A DNA stretch of 41,988 nucleotides from Bacteroidales bacterium (GTDB lineage: Bacteria > Bacteroidota > Bacteroidia > Bacteroidales > UBA1556): positions 4,463 through 46,450 of the forward strand of contig JAOZPM010000004.1 in assembly GCA_029932765.1 (NCBI GenBank), written 5' to 3'. Shown piece by piece: positions 26,292 to 35,995 of the stretch. Both the position numbers and the translations under genes were made by a program. The notes under the pieces are model-generated. The model searched no databases and was not told the origin of the DNA. It saw only the letters and a list, made by a program, of their open reading frames with translations. Numbering within the stretch: the stretch's first letter is position 1; the number at the start of each line of letters is the position of its first letter.

Positions 26292-27689
26292 ATGGAGAAA
26301 CATATTTTATCAAAAACTACATATATAAAGGGTGTACAATGTATGAAACAATTGTACTTAACAAAGAAATATCCAAAGCTAAGAGATAGGCTACCTGCAG
26401 AACGACTAGCTATTTTTAGTAGAGGAACCAATGTTGGAATATATGCTCAAGATTTATTTCCTGGTGGAATTGATGCAGGACCTAAACATTATACACAATA
26501 TCAAAAAGCAGTTGCTCGAACTAAAGAATTGATGGAAAATGGCCAAGAGGTGATTTATGAAGCTGCATTCCAGGCTAATAGAACTCTTATACTACTTGAT
26601 ATCTTGCTTAGAAATGGTGATAAATGGGATGCCTATGAGGTTAAAAGCTCAGTTAAACTTTCTAGAACGTATTATAATGATGCTGCGTTGCAGTATAATG
26701 TGATTGTAAATTCTGGCATAGCTTTAAATTCATTCTCTCTAATTTATATAAATAAAGATTATAAACTCGATGGAGATATTAATATTCAGAAACTGTTTAT
26801 TATAACTGATGTTACACAAGATTGCATTAAACAGCAAAGCTTTGTAAAAGATAAAATAGGAGAGGAATTATTAATGCTGAATCAGGATGAGCCTCCAATA
26901 ATAGGGATAGGTAAACAATGCTTTGAGCCCTACGATTGTGATTTTATTGGTCATTGTTGGAAGGGTATTAAGAGACCTTCTGTTTTTGATATTCCATCCA
27001 TAGATATTAGTCGTCAATTTGTTTTATATAATAAGTACGGTGGTTTGCCCAATATTCTGCAAAATGAAAAATCAATAGACGAATTTGAGACTATTGAAAT
27101 GAACTGTCAGATAGAGAAAATGCCACATTTAGATCTTTCTGAAGATACATTGAATGATTTTGAGGAATTATATAATTCAGAGAATCAAAAATATGCAGTA
27201 AAGATATTGTATTTTACTCCAGCTTTGCCATTGTATTCAGGAACTAAACCATATCAAAAGATTGCTTTCGCATATTCATTAATGCCACTTGATGGCTTAG
27301 GTAATGTGGAATTATTTATAGCTAATGGACAAAATAATCCTAATGAAGAAATATTTGATAGGTTATTGAATGATTCTAAGAATATAGATTTGTTGGGATA
27401 TAATATTAACACAAATTATATAGAAGTATTAGACCTTCAGCAGATAGTAGATAATGGTGAGTATTATCATCCTGCTATGAATACGGATTATTCTAATAAA
27501 TTGCTCTCTAAAGCAATGGATATAAGGCCACAATGGGGAGCTATAGAGAGTGATATTGTTGCAGCTCAGTATTATGATGAGATATTAAGAGGCCATAAAA
27601 AAAGTAAAGAGAAATTATCGCTTATTAAAAACTATTTGCAAAAGGAAGTGGAGTTGGTTGGGAAATTCTTTGATTATTTAAGCCAATAA
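26292..27689 (+). CDS. DUF2779-family protein: Cas4/RecB-like nuclease plus degenerate RNase H-like domain
   Basis: LSKT.Y..G.QC.K.L.L, G..VG..A..LFPGG, IYEAAF, DIL..YEVKSS..D.A.QY, IG.QC..PY.C.F..HCW, P.Y.GT.PYQ.I.F.YS. Confidence 0.75.
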   Translation: MEKHILSKTTYIKGVQCMKQLYLTKKYPKLRDRLPAERLAIFSRGTNVGIYAQDLFPGGIDAGPKHYTQYQKAVARTKELMENGQEVIYEAAFQANRTLILLDILLRNGDKWDAYEVKSSVKLSRTYYNDAALQYNVIVNSGIALNSFSLIYINKDYKLDGDINIQKLFIITDVTQDCIKQQSFVKDKIGEELLMLNQDEPPIIGIGKQCFEPYDCDFIGHCWKGIKRPSVFDIPSIDISRQFVLYNKYGGLPNILQNEKSIDEFETIEMNCQIEKMPHLDLSEDTLNDFEELYNSENQKYAVKILYFTPALPLYSGTKPYQKIAFAYSLMPLDGLGNVELFIANGQNNPNEEIFDRLLNDSKNIDLLGYNINTNYIEVLDLQQIVDNGEYYHPAMNTDYSNKLLSKAMDIRPQWGAIESDIVAAQYYDEILRGHKKSKEKLSLIKNYLQKEVELVGKFFDYLSQ

Positions 27690-27717
27690 TAACTGAATGA
27701 TAAGAAATATATTGTAA

Positions 27718-27760
27718 AAAAAATAGAAGAATTATAATTATTATAATTCTTCTATTTTTT
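27718..27760. terminator. Bidirectional terminator / long AT-rich palindrome between convergent genes
   Basis: AAAAAATAGAAGAATTATAAT-T-ATTATAATTCTTCTATTTTTT, perfect 21-bp arms. Confidence 0.7.
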
Positions 27761-27774
27761 AAACAGTTTTCTTT

Positions 27775-28434
27775 TTAAAACGCTCTAATGGTATAACCCA
27801 CACTTACTTGAAATGATTTGTTTAATATTGATGGAGCTCCGTCATCTGATTGAAACACCTTATTTGTGCCTACTTCATACCTAAAGTCAAAATTTAATCC
27901 ATTAGCAACTAATCCTATTCCTAAGGCCCAACTTAAATCAAAGTTTGCTGGAGATTGGTCTAATTCAAATACCTCGTTCTCATAAATAACCTCTCCTTTA
28001 TCATTCTCAAGATCAATAGTTCCTGTAAAGCTATCGTGAATTAGATAATTAGAAACAATCCCTCCATCAAAATGGAAGTAGTTAGACCTATCACCCATTT
28101 TTAATTGTAGTATAAAAGGGATACTAAGGTACCCTAGTTTTTGCTCCATCTTTAATAAACCACGTCTAACTTTGTCCTCGTAATAGTACTGAAATGCGGA
28201 TCCTTTTCCTGAATATAGCAATTCCGTTTGCAATGCAACATGGTCTCCAAAAGAATAATTTATAATAGCACCTCCTAAAAATTTAACTTTTGGATCTGGA
28301 ATAAAGTCTTCCATACCCACACCAGTTAAATTTGTTGAAGCTCCACCAATTTTGCCACCGACGCTAAGTTGCCCCATAACACTTGATGTGCCTATAAAAA
28401 TAAATATAATTAATATTGAGAATATCCTTTTCAT
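27775..28434 (-). CDS. Outer membrane beta-barrel ('porin family', OMP_b-brl_2-like) protein
   Basis: Signal peptide; G.K.G, LQTELLYSGKG, L.YL.IP, D.RY..G, FQVSVGY and terminal Phe. Confidence 0.8.
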   Translation of the reverse strand: MKRIFSILIIFIFIGTSSVMGQLSVGGKIGGASTNLTGVGMEDFIPDPKVKFLGGAIINYSFGDHVALQTELLYSGKGSAFQYYYEDKVRRGLLKMEQKLGYLSIPFILQLKMGDRSNYFHFDGGIVSNYLIHDSFTGTIDLENDKGEVIYENEVFELDQSPANFDLSWALGIGLVANGLNFDFRYEVGTNKVFQSDDGAPSILNKSFQVSVGYTIRAF

Positions 28435-28624
28435 TATATGTTTAGTTATTGATTTATTATTTATGTTTTCAGAATGCTAAAATATATAAAAATCTAATCA
28501 ATAATATATACAAGTTATATTCATTTAGATATTTATATTTTTAGTAAATTAATATCGTATTAATAATGTAAAAAGGAAACAATGTTAATACTACATTTGC
28601 AGGATAATTATAAATACATTAAAG

Positions 28625-29968
28625 TTGCAAGATTTAACAAAAGGTAGTGTAGGTAAGAATATTCTTCTGTTTTCATTGCCATTATTAGCAGGTACTTTAT
28701 TTCAACAATTATACAATGTTATTGATAGTATAGTTGTAGGAAATTATATAGGTAAAGAAGCACTTGCTGCAGTAGGAGCGTCATTTCCTGTGATTTTTGT
28801 TGCAATTTCGTTACTTATTGGCGTATCCTCAGGCATATCTGTGGTTATTTCTCAATATTATGGAGCAAAGCAGTTCGATAATGTTGTTAAAGCTATAAAT
28901 ACATTTTATGCATTTGTTTTGGTAACATCTCTCTTTTTCTCATTTTTGGGAGTTTATTTTGCAAGAGATGTTTTTGAGTTACTTAAACTTCCAGCAGAAT
29001 TACTTGATGATGCAACACTATATCTTCAGATTTATCTTGGGGGAATGGTTGCTATGTTTGGGTTTTTTGGTACAAACGCAATATTGCGTGGTATGGGAGA
29101 TTCTAAAACACCTTTATACTTCACTATAGTATCTACAGTGTTGAATATTGTACTTGACCTTTTATTTGTATTAGTATTTCATTGGGGAATTGCTGGTGTT
29201 GCCTATGCTAGTGTAATATCTCAAGCAGTTAGTTTTATTGGTGCAGGAATTTATTTAAATAGAAGCTCATCACTTATAAAGTTTAGTTTTAAGAATTTGG
29301 TAGTAGATTTTGATATACTTATTAAAAGCTTAAAAATTGGTTTGCCTACAGGTTTACAACAGAGTTTTGTAGCCCTTGGTATGATTGCTATTATGCGTAT
29401 TGTAAATGATTTTGGAACAGATACTATTGCTGCTTTTACGGCCGCTAGTAGGTTAGATTCTTTTGCCTCTATGTCGGCAATGGCATTTGCTTCTGCTTTG
29501 GCTACTTTTGTTGGTCAAAATCTTGGTGCTAATAAGATTGATAGAATAAAACAAGGCTATAAAATCACCCTACTTTTTTCATCAATTATGTCGATATTGG
29601 TTTCAGTACTTATGTACTTCTTCGGTAGAGAGCTTATTATGCTGTTTTCTACAGATCCTAATGTAATCGAAATAGGGTATAATTACTTGGTAATTGTAAG
29701 TAGCTTTTATGTGTTATTCTCTGCAATGTTTGTAACTCAAGGTTTATTGAGAGGTGCTGGTGATACACTGATACCAATGTTTATTACTCTTTTCGCATTA
29801 TGGTTACTTAGAATCCCTATTTCATACTACCTCTCAAGACCAGAGATAGGTTTAGGTGCTGATGGTATTTGGTGGGGTATTCCAATAGCTTGGACTTTTG
29901 GTTTCTCGGCATCATTAATATACTTTCTTTCTGGTAAATGGAAAAAGAAAGGCATTATTAAACATTAG
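28625..29968 (+). CDS. MATE family efflux transporter
   Basis: TTG start; DLT.G, QQLYNVIDSIVVG..G..ALAAVG, LRG.GDSKTPL, GQN.GA, RGAGDT..PM. A -7 element TACATTTG lies at 28592-28599. Confidence 0.93.
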   Translation: MQDLTKGSVGKNILLFSLPLLAGTLFQQLYNVIDSIVVGNYIGKEALAAVGASFPVIFVAISLLIGVSSGISVVISQYYGAKQFDNVVKAINTFYAFVLVTSLFFSFLGVYFARDVFELLKLPAELLDDATLYLQIYLGGMVAMFGFFGTNAILRGMGDSKTPLYFTIVSTVLNIVLDLLFVLVFHWGIAGVAYASVISQAVSFIGAGIYLNRSSSLIKFSFKNLVVDFDILIKSLKIGLPTGLQQSFVALGMIAIMRIVNDFGTDTIAAFTAASRLDSFASMSAMAFASALATFVGQNLGANKIDRIKQGYKITLLFSSIMSILVSVLMYFFGRELIMLFSTDPNVIEIGYNYLVIVSSFYVLFSAMFVTQGLLRGAGDTLIPMFITLFALWLLRIPISYYLSRPEIGLGADGIWWGIPIAWTFGFSASLIYFLSGKWKKKGIIKH

Positions 29969-30001
29969 GTTTATTATTTGCTTTGTAATGAAGTAATATA
30001 A

Positions 30002-31177
30002 TTAGTAACTCAACTTCAACCTTAAGAAAGCAAAATTAAACTGTTTTTTCACACTTGAACCGGTAATAGGATCAGTAGTATTCCCTTTAAAATATTGATA
30101 TACAAAGCTGAATTCTAGGTTATCAGAAAGTGAATAATCAATACTTGGATTAATAAATACACTATTTGCATCAGGATAATACATTCCACCTAGTGATATA
30201 TTTAGTAGTGGAGTAATTGGGTATTTGGCATTTATAAACATATTCCAAGGCGAGAAAGAAAGGTATTTAGCATTTAAATTTGAAGAATAGAAAGTAGAGA
30301 AATCAGAGATTGGATTGTCTTTTGTGATTTTAGTATACAGTACTTGAGCCATTATATTTAAGGAGTTTTTGAATGTATAATCAAAAGATGCTGTTGCACT
30401 TATGGAAGCTTCTCTTGTTGTATCATTTGCATCAATTGGATGAAAATAAGTAGCTTCACCTCTAAATCCTATACTTTTAAGTGCTCCCGCCCAACCAAAG
30501 CCGGCTATATAATCTCTTTGCTCCATTTCGCCTATAATGAATTGCCAATCGTAGCTCCATTTATTTACTAATAACTTAGCCGCAGTAGTTAACCTTTTTT
30601 CGTAATTTACTGATGAGGCAAGCTCAATAGACGAAGCTGCGCCAGTATAATATTGTACTCGTAATGCATCACTGCCAGGCTTTTCGGTATAGTCAAAATC
30701 AAAATATGAGTATGTATTGAAAATGTCGTTTGGGTTCCAGATTAGTGTTCGCCCCCAGTTTATTCTCTGACGACCTAGCGATATATCCCAATCTCCTTTT
30801 GTATATTTAAAGAAAAGGCGGTCCATATTAATATTAAGTAAAAAATTCTGTTCACTTATTATATTTTTATTCATGTTTAGATAGCCCGTCTCTGTTTCAA
30901 TCATAATATCATAATTTGGAATTAGAAGAACAGAATTGCCATAAATAAACCTAGTTCTGAGCTGTGCAGTAAATGTTAGATTGTTATTAAAAAAATAGTT
31001 GAAGTTAGTTCTGTTATGCAGTTGGTTGTCTATTAGCCACTTATTTGAGATGCTATCAAAACTATTTGTGTTCATAAAAGATGTATAGCCACAAAGTGAC
31101 CACTTTTTATCATCATTTTGTGAATACAAAATAGAGCTAATCATTAATAATAGTAGAACTATAATAAACTTGCGCAT
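30002..31177 (-). CDS. Hypothetical outer-membrane beta-barrel protein
   Basis: Likely start is ATG 31177 (MRKFIIVLL signal peptide), because TTG 31207 overlaps a TATTTTTG -7 element. Motifs DRL..GRQRINWG..WNPNDIFN..FDY.E.PGSDA; terminal strand LRLKLSY. Confidence 0.75.
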   Translation of the reverse strand: MRKFIIVLLLLMISSILYSQNDDKKWSLCGYTSFMNTNSFDSISNKWLIDNQLHNRTNFNYFFNNNLTFTAQLRTRFIYGNSVLLIPNYDIMIETETGYLNMNKNIISEQNFLLNINMDRLFFKYTKGDWDISLGRQRINWGRTLIWNPNDIFNTYSYFDFDYTEKPGSDALRVQYYTGAASSIELASSVNYEKRLTTAAKLLVNKWSYDWQFIIGEMEQRDYIAGFGWAGALKSIGFRGEATYFHPIDANDTTREASISATASFDYTFKNSLNIMAQVLYTKITKDNPISDFSTFYSSNLNAKYLSFSPWNMFINAKYPITPLLNISLGGMYYPDANSVFINPSIDYSLSDNLEFSFVYQYFKGNTTDPITGSSVKKQFNFAFLRLKLSY

Positions 31178-31343
31178 CAATTTCTTTGATTTAATACTGT
31201 AAAGCAAAAATAATGAATAAATTGCTATAGTTTTAATTTATTAAAGTGTTGTAATACTTATTTTATAAGCTCTTGTAGTCTCTTGTAATGTAAGCCATAA
31301 TATAGTTATATGCTAGTTTTTGCAAGTCAATATTGAGAGAATA

Positions 31344-31766
31344 CTATTTAATCATCGAATCAGTAATTTTAATTCTACATTCGCATACTCCTCCGCCTCC
31401 AGCTGACTTGTCAATTACGTCAAACACCCAATTTGAGCAGTCATTCAAATCCAAATTAAGATACAAACTGTCAAAACCTATTATTTTGTAATTAAGAGAA
31501 TCATTAAATATACAACAAGAACTAAAACCATTAGTTGTACCAATACCTTGTTCGCTAGCAATAACAACAATGCTGTGCTTTTCAATCACTATAGTATCAA
31601 AATTATACATAGCATATGTTTCTGTATACGCAGTGTCAGTATATAAAGAAATATCATACTTTGAATTGTTTTGTATAACTTTACTATAGCTTACACCTGG
31701 GTCACATGCTGAGAAAAGCAATATAGCCATTCCTAAAATCAGTGAAATATAATGTATTGTTTTCAT
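31344..31766 (-). CDS. Hypothetical lipoprotein
   Basis: Lipobox FSAC followed by DP; I.N.S.Y.I motif; several Cys. TAGTTTTG -7 element at 31801-31808. Confidence 0.7.
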   Translation of the reverse strand: MKTIHYISLILGMAILLFSACDPGVSYSKVIQNNSKYDISLYTDTAYTETYAMYNFDTIVIEKHSIVVIASEQGIGTTNGFSSCCIFNDSLNYKIIGFDSLYLNLDLNDCSNWVFDVIDKSAGGGGVCECRIKITDSMIK

Positions 31767-31833
31767 AATGTATTATAATATTCTAGTATGATTTATGATA
31801 CAAAACTAGCACTTTAGTGTTAAATAATTAGAT

Positions 31834-32268
31834 TTATTCTATTCCCATTATTACCTCTTTTAATTGTATTTTGCCTTTATTGCTTACATCAGTTCTTGCA
31901 TCAATACACTGGGTCACTTTCTTTTTAAATTTCCAACAAGTCATTTGACGTAAGTCTATAGTAGTTGACAATTCTATAGAAGGTACTTTAGGATCCGAGC
32001 ACACCATATGTGCTATCTTAAAAGCGTCAGGAAGATAAATCCTACATCTATGAAATATTGTATTGGCAGTTGCTGATTCATCTTTTTTGCATTTAGTACA
32101 TCGTCGCGAGTATGGAGATTTGCCTTTGCAGTAATGAGTATGCCCGCAATTTTTGCAAACAAAGCCATCTTCCCATTTCTGTTTTGCAAGAAATGCCAAG
32201 CATTTTTCTTCGTCATTGAAGAATGAATGAAACTCTTTAATACTTATTTCGCCAAAAATTGTTAACAT
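31834..32268 (-). CDS. Stand-alone IS1595-type zinc-ribbon + HTH protein with no DDE domain
   Basis: EF...F..EE.C..FL...KW..GF.C..CG, R.C..C...S.TANTIFH, S.EL....L.Q.T.W.F..KV match the N-terminus of IS1595-family transposases. The ORF ends cleanly at 144 aa. Confidence 0.75.
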   Translation of the reverse strand: MLTIFGEISIKEFHSFFNDEEKCLAFLAKQKWEDGFVCKNCGHTHYCKGKSPYSRRCTKCKKDESATANTIFHRCRIYLPDAFKIAHMVCSDPKVPSIELSTTIDLRQMTCWKFKKKVTQCIDARTDVSNKGKIQLKEVIMGIE

Positions 32269-32406
32269 AAAAATGTAAAATACTGATAATAAACTATATT
32301 ACTTTCGATTTTGCAAAAGTAAATATAATTAGTGATATTTAAGCGCTAAATTAAAATAAAAAGACTATTTTCGCGCCTAATTATTAAATAAAGATATTAA
32401 AGAAAT

Positions 32407-32979
32407 ATGAAGAATAAGTTTTTATCAGTAATATTAGCAGGAACATTATTCTGTGGCTTAAGTTCATGTAATAATGTAGATGCTGAAGCGGCCCTTGATA
32501 ATCCTGAAGTTAAAGTTGAGGAAAATGTAGCAGAAGAAATTAGTGTTGAAAAAACAGTTGTATTAGAAGAAACTGTAACTACTGACAATGTTTCCGGAGA
32601 GATTGACAATAATGGTAAAGTAAAGCATATTAATACAGAAACATTTATAGCTGAGGTGTTTGACTATAAAGCGAATCCGCAAAAATGGGTCTATAAGGGT
32701 ACTAAACCTGCAATTATTGATTTTTATGCAGATTGGTGTGGTCCTTGTAAAAAGCTTAGTCCTATTATGGAGGAATTGGCCATAAAATATAAAGGACAAG
32801 TTAATTTCTATAAAATAAATACTGATGAAGAGAAAGAATTATCAGGAGGTGTTTTTGGAATTAGATCTATCCCAAGTATTTTGTTTATTCCTGTTGAAGG
32901 ACAACCTCAAATGCAAGCTGGATTGATTCCTGCTGCTGATTTAAGTAGAATAATTGACAATAATTTATTAAATAAATAG
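32407..32979 (+). CDS. Thioredoxin-domain lipoprotein (WCGPC)
   Basis: Lipobox LSSC, acidic linker, then IIDFYADWCGPC..FGIRSIP. Confidence 0.88.
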   Translation: MKNKFLSVILAGTLFCGLSSCNNVDAEAALDNPEVKVEENVAEEISVEKTVVLEETVTTDNVSGEIDNNGKVKHINTETFIAEVFDYKANPQKWVYKGTKPAIIDFYADWCGPCKKLSPIMEELAIKYKGQVNFYKINTDEEKELSGGVFGIRSIPSILFIPVEGQPQMQAGLIPAADLSRIIDNNLLNK

Positions 32980-33020
32980 TAACGAATGATCTGTAAATAC
33001 AGGTTTTAAAAATAGAAATA

Positions 33021-33377
33021 ATGACTGAGATATTATCAAAACAAACTTTCCTTGCGAAAGTATTTAATTACGAAGAGAATAAAGATTGGAAATTTGAAGG
33101 TGATTTACCTTGTATTATTGACTTCTATGCAGACTGGTGTCAACCATGTAAGCAAGTAGCTCCAATTTTGGAAGAATTATCAGACGAATATGCTGGTAAG
33201 ATAAATATTTATAAAGTAAATACAGAAGTAGAGCAGGAATTAGCTGGTGCTTTTGGTATTAAGTCAATTCCATCAATGTTATTTTGCCCTAAAGAAGGAC
33301 AACCTCAGATGGCTGTTGGTGCATTGCCAAAAGAGTCTTTAGTACAAGCTATTAATGATGTATTGCTAGCAAAATAG
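33021..33377 (+). CDS. Cytoplasmic thioredoxin (WCQPC)
   Basis: IIDFYADWCQPC, FGIKSIPS; no signal peptide. Confidence 0.92.
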   Translation: MTEILSKQTFLAKVFNYEENKDWKFEGDLPCIIDFYADWCQPCKQVAPILEELSDEYAGKINIYKVNTEVEQELAGAFGIKSIPSMLFCPKEGQPQMAVGALPKESLVQAINDVLLAK

Positions 33378-33405
33378 TATTTTAATATATATTATTACGA
33401 TATTG

Positions 33406-33436
33406 AAAAGGATAGATTAATTTCTGTCCTTTTTTT
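33406..33436 (+). terminator. Intrinsic terminator after the thioredoxin pair
   Basis: AAAAGGATAGA / TCTGTCCTTTT stem followed by a T-run. Confidence 0.75.
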
Positions 33437-33528
33437 GTGCCAAAGCTTTTTTGCTATAGTACAATTTAAAGAACATAAAAAATGTATATTTGCGCATACA
33501 CATTAAAAATTAATATTATAAAATAGAT

Positions 33529-34707
33529 ATGAAAATAGGAATACTAATAACGGCTTTACTTATTAGAAGTTTAAATATGGTAATTGCCCAAGAAGATAAA
33601 AATGATTCTACAGGTTTTGTGTTTGATACTATAGCTATGGTGCCAACTACTCCTGTGAAAAGTCAACATAAATCAGGTACTTGTTGGAGCTATGCAACAG
33701 CGTCTTATGTAGAAACAGAAGTATTGCGTCTTACTGATAAAGAGATTGATTTATCAGAAATGTATTTTGTTTATTATGCATATAAATCAAAAGCAGATAA
33801 CTATGTTCGTTTGCATGGAAAAGCAAATTTTAGTGCGGGTGGTCAAGCGCATGATGTATTAGATGTAATTGCAGATCATGGAATGATTACCGAAGATTAC
33901 TATAATGGTATTATTCCTGGTTTCGATAATCATGTACATGGTGAGTTAGATAATATTCTTTTTGGGTTTGTGAATAATGTAAAGAAAAACCCTAGTGGTC
34001 ATCTCTCTAAAGCTTGGAAAAATGGTTTTGCTCAAATGATGAACTCCTATTTAGGGGACGCAACAGAACTTGAGGAACAAGCACTAAATTTTGTAAAAGA
34101 AACTGGTTTTAATTCTGATGATTATATTGAAATAACCTCGTATATGTACAAAGACTACTATCAGCCCATAAGATTAGAAGTGCCAGATAATTGGAATTAT
34201 GCTAATTATTATAATATTCCTCTAGACGATATGATGAGCCTTATTCAATCAGCATTAAAGCAGGGTTATTCTGTTTGTTGGGATGGTGATGTGAGTAGTA
34301 AAGGTTTTTCTCATAAGAATGCTTTAGCAATATTGCCAGAATCAAAGAAAGAAAACCTTCAAGGAACAGAGCAAAGTCGTTGGGAAGATGTTTCGGCAAC
34401 TGATTTAAAGAAAAACATGTATTCTTTTGAGCAGCCAGTTCCAGAGAAAGTTGTTAGCGAGCAATTACGCCAAGATGCTTTTGATGATTATTCTATTACT
34501 GATGATCATTTGATGCATCTTACAGGTTTGTTGAAAGATCAAAATGGTACTTTATACTATGTTACAAAAAACTCATGGAAGGATAATTCTAATGATAATG
34601 GAGGTTATTTAAATATGTCTGATTCGTATTTAAGAATGGCAACTGTTGCTATTATGATTCATAAAGATGCCCTTCCAAAATCTCTAAAGAAGAAGTTAAA
34701 ACTATAA
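33529..34707 (+). CDS. Secreted C1 family cysteine aminopeptidase (PepC/bleomycin hydrolase-like)
   Basis: Q..SGTCWS (catalytic Cys), DDHLMH (His), KNSW (Asn). TATATTTG -7 element at 33485-33492. Confidence 0.92.
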   Translation: MKIGILITALLIRSLNMVIAQEDKNDSTGFVFDTIAMVPTTPVKSQHKSGTCWSYATASYVETEVLRLTDKEIDLSEMYFVYYAYKSKADNYVRLHGKANFSAGGQAHDVLDVIADHGMITEDYYNGIIPGFDNHVHGELDNILFGFVNNVKKNPSGHLSKAWKNGFAQMMNSYLGDATELEEQALNFVKETGFNSDDYIEITSYMYKDYYQPIRLEVPDNWNYANYYNIPLDDMMSLIQSALKQGYSVCWDGDVSSKGFSHKNALAILPESKKENLQGTEQSRWEDVSATDLKKNMYSFEQPVPEKVVSEQLRQDAFDDYSITDDHLMHLTGLLKDQNGTLYYVTKNSWKDNSNDNGGYLNMSDSYLRMATVAIMIHKDALPKSLKKKLKL

Positions 34708-34729
34708 TAATTAGTTATTCCAGAATAAT

Positions 34730-35995
34730 ATGTTTTTACTAATAGCTATTGTAATACTGTTTTCATTATTAATAGATACTATAAATTATTATGGTATAAA
34801 GCTTATGATGTATAGGCTTAAGAGTAGTGGTATTTATAATATAATACTTAAGTCTTATGTTTATATAAGTGTGTTATTATTGGGATATTTTATTATTCAC
34901 TTTATATATATAGGCTATCCAGGTAATGATTACGTAAAATTTCGAAGTTTCTTTTTTCTTTTTGGCCTATACCTTTTATTGTATATGCCAAGAATAGTGT
35001 TTATTATTTCGGCAATAATTCAATGGTTTTATTATGCTGTAAAGAATGTATTTGGTAATTCTAATAACTATAAAGTAAGTCGAATTCCTAAACGAAGTTT
35101 TATTATTCAGAAAATAGGGTTAGGACTTTCTGTTATCAGTTTTTTCTTAGTTTTATATGGTATGATATGGGGCAAGAGTGATTTTATTGCTCGCCAAACT
35201 ACAATATACTTTAAAGATTTGCCTAAGGGTTTCGAAGGTTTTAAGATAGCCCATATTTCTGATGTGCATTTGGGAAGTTTTAAAAACAGAAGTGATGTAT
35301 TAAAAGGGCTTAAGCTATTAGATACTCAAAATCCTGATATTGTTTTATTTACTGGTGATATGGTAAATAATATTGCTGATGAAATGGATGATTATATTTC
35401 CGATTTTGCAGCTATTAAACCCGCGTATGGTAAATATGCAATTCTGGGGAATCATGATATGGGTGATTATCTAAAATGGAAAAATGCAGATCTAAAGTTT
35501 AAAGAATTGAAACGTATGATAGATTATGAGCAGCAAATGGGATTTCAAATGTTGCTTAATCAAAATGATATTATTTATCGAAATGGGGATTCAATTGCTT
35601 TAGTAGGGGTTGAAAATTGGGGAAAGCCACCATTCAAACAATATGGGAATCTAGAAAATGCTTTAAAAGGTGTTGAAACAGTGGATTTTAAAATATTATT
35701 ATCACACGATCCAAGTCATTTTCAACAGAGAGTTAAAGGGAAGGAAAAAATCCAATTAACTCTTTCGGGACATACTCATGGTATGCAAGTAGGGATTAGG
35801 TGCTGTGCTTGGAAATGGAGCCCCGTTTCTTTTGTTTATGAGCTATGGAATGGCCTCTATCAATTTGGTGATAATTATTTGTACGTAAATCCAGGTTTTG
35901 GTTTTATAGGAATGCCTGCCCGAATTGGTATTCGTCCCGAAATTAGTATTCTTACACTTCGTAGTATAAGTAATAAGCCCCAAGGAAATGAATGA
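34730..35995 (+). CDS. Membrane-anchored calcineurin-like metallophosphoesterase
   Basis: N-terminal TM helices; SDVHLG, TGDMVN, LGNHD, LLSHDP, LSGHTHG.Q. Confidence 0.92.
   Translation: MFLLIAIVILFSLLIDTINYYGIKLMMYRLKSSGIYNIILKSYVYISVLLLGYFIIHFIYIGYPGNDYVKFRSFFFLFGLYLLLYMPRIVFIISAIIQWFYYAVKNVFGNSNNYKVSRIPKRSFIIQKIGLGLSVISFFLVLYGMIWGKSDFIARQTTIYFKDLPKGFEGFKIAHISDVHLGSFKNRSDVLKGLKLLDTQNPDIVLFTGDMVNNIADEMDDYISDFAAIKPAYGKYAILGNHDMGDYLKWKNADLKFKELKRMIDYEQQMGFQMLLNQNDIIYRNGDSIALVGVENWGKPPFKQYGNLENALKGVETVDFKILLSHDPSHFQQRVKGKEKIQLTLSGHTHGMQVGIRCCAWKWSPVSFVYELWNGLYQFGDNYLYVNPGFGFIGMPARIGIRPEISILTLRSISNKPQGNE

Noticed and set aside
31834-32268. Active IS1595 element
   Set aside because: There is no DDE catalytic domain and no visible terminal inverted repeats or target duplication.
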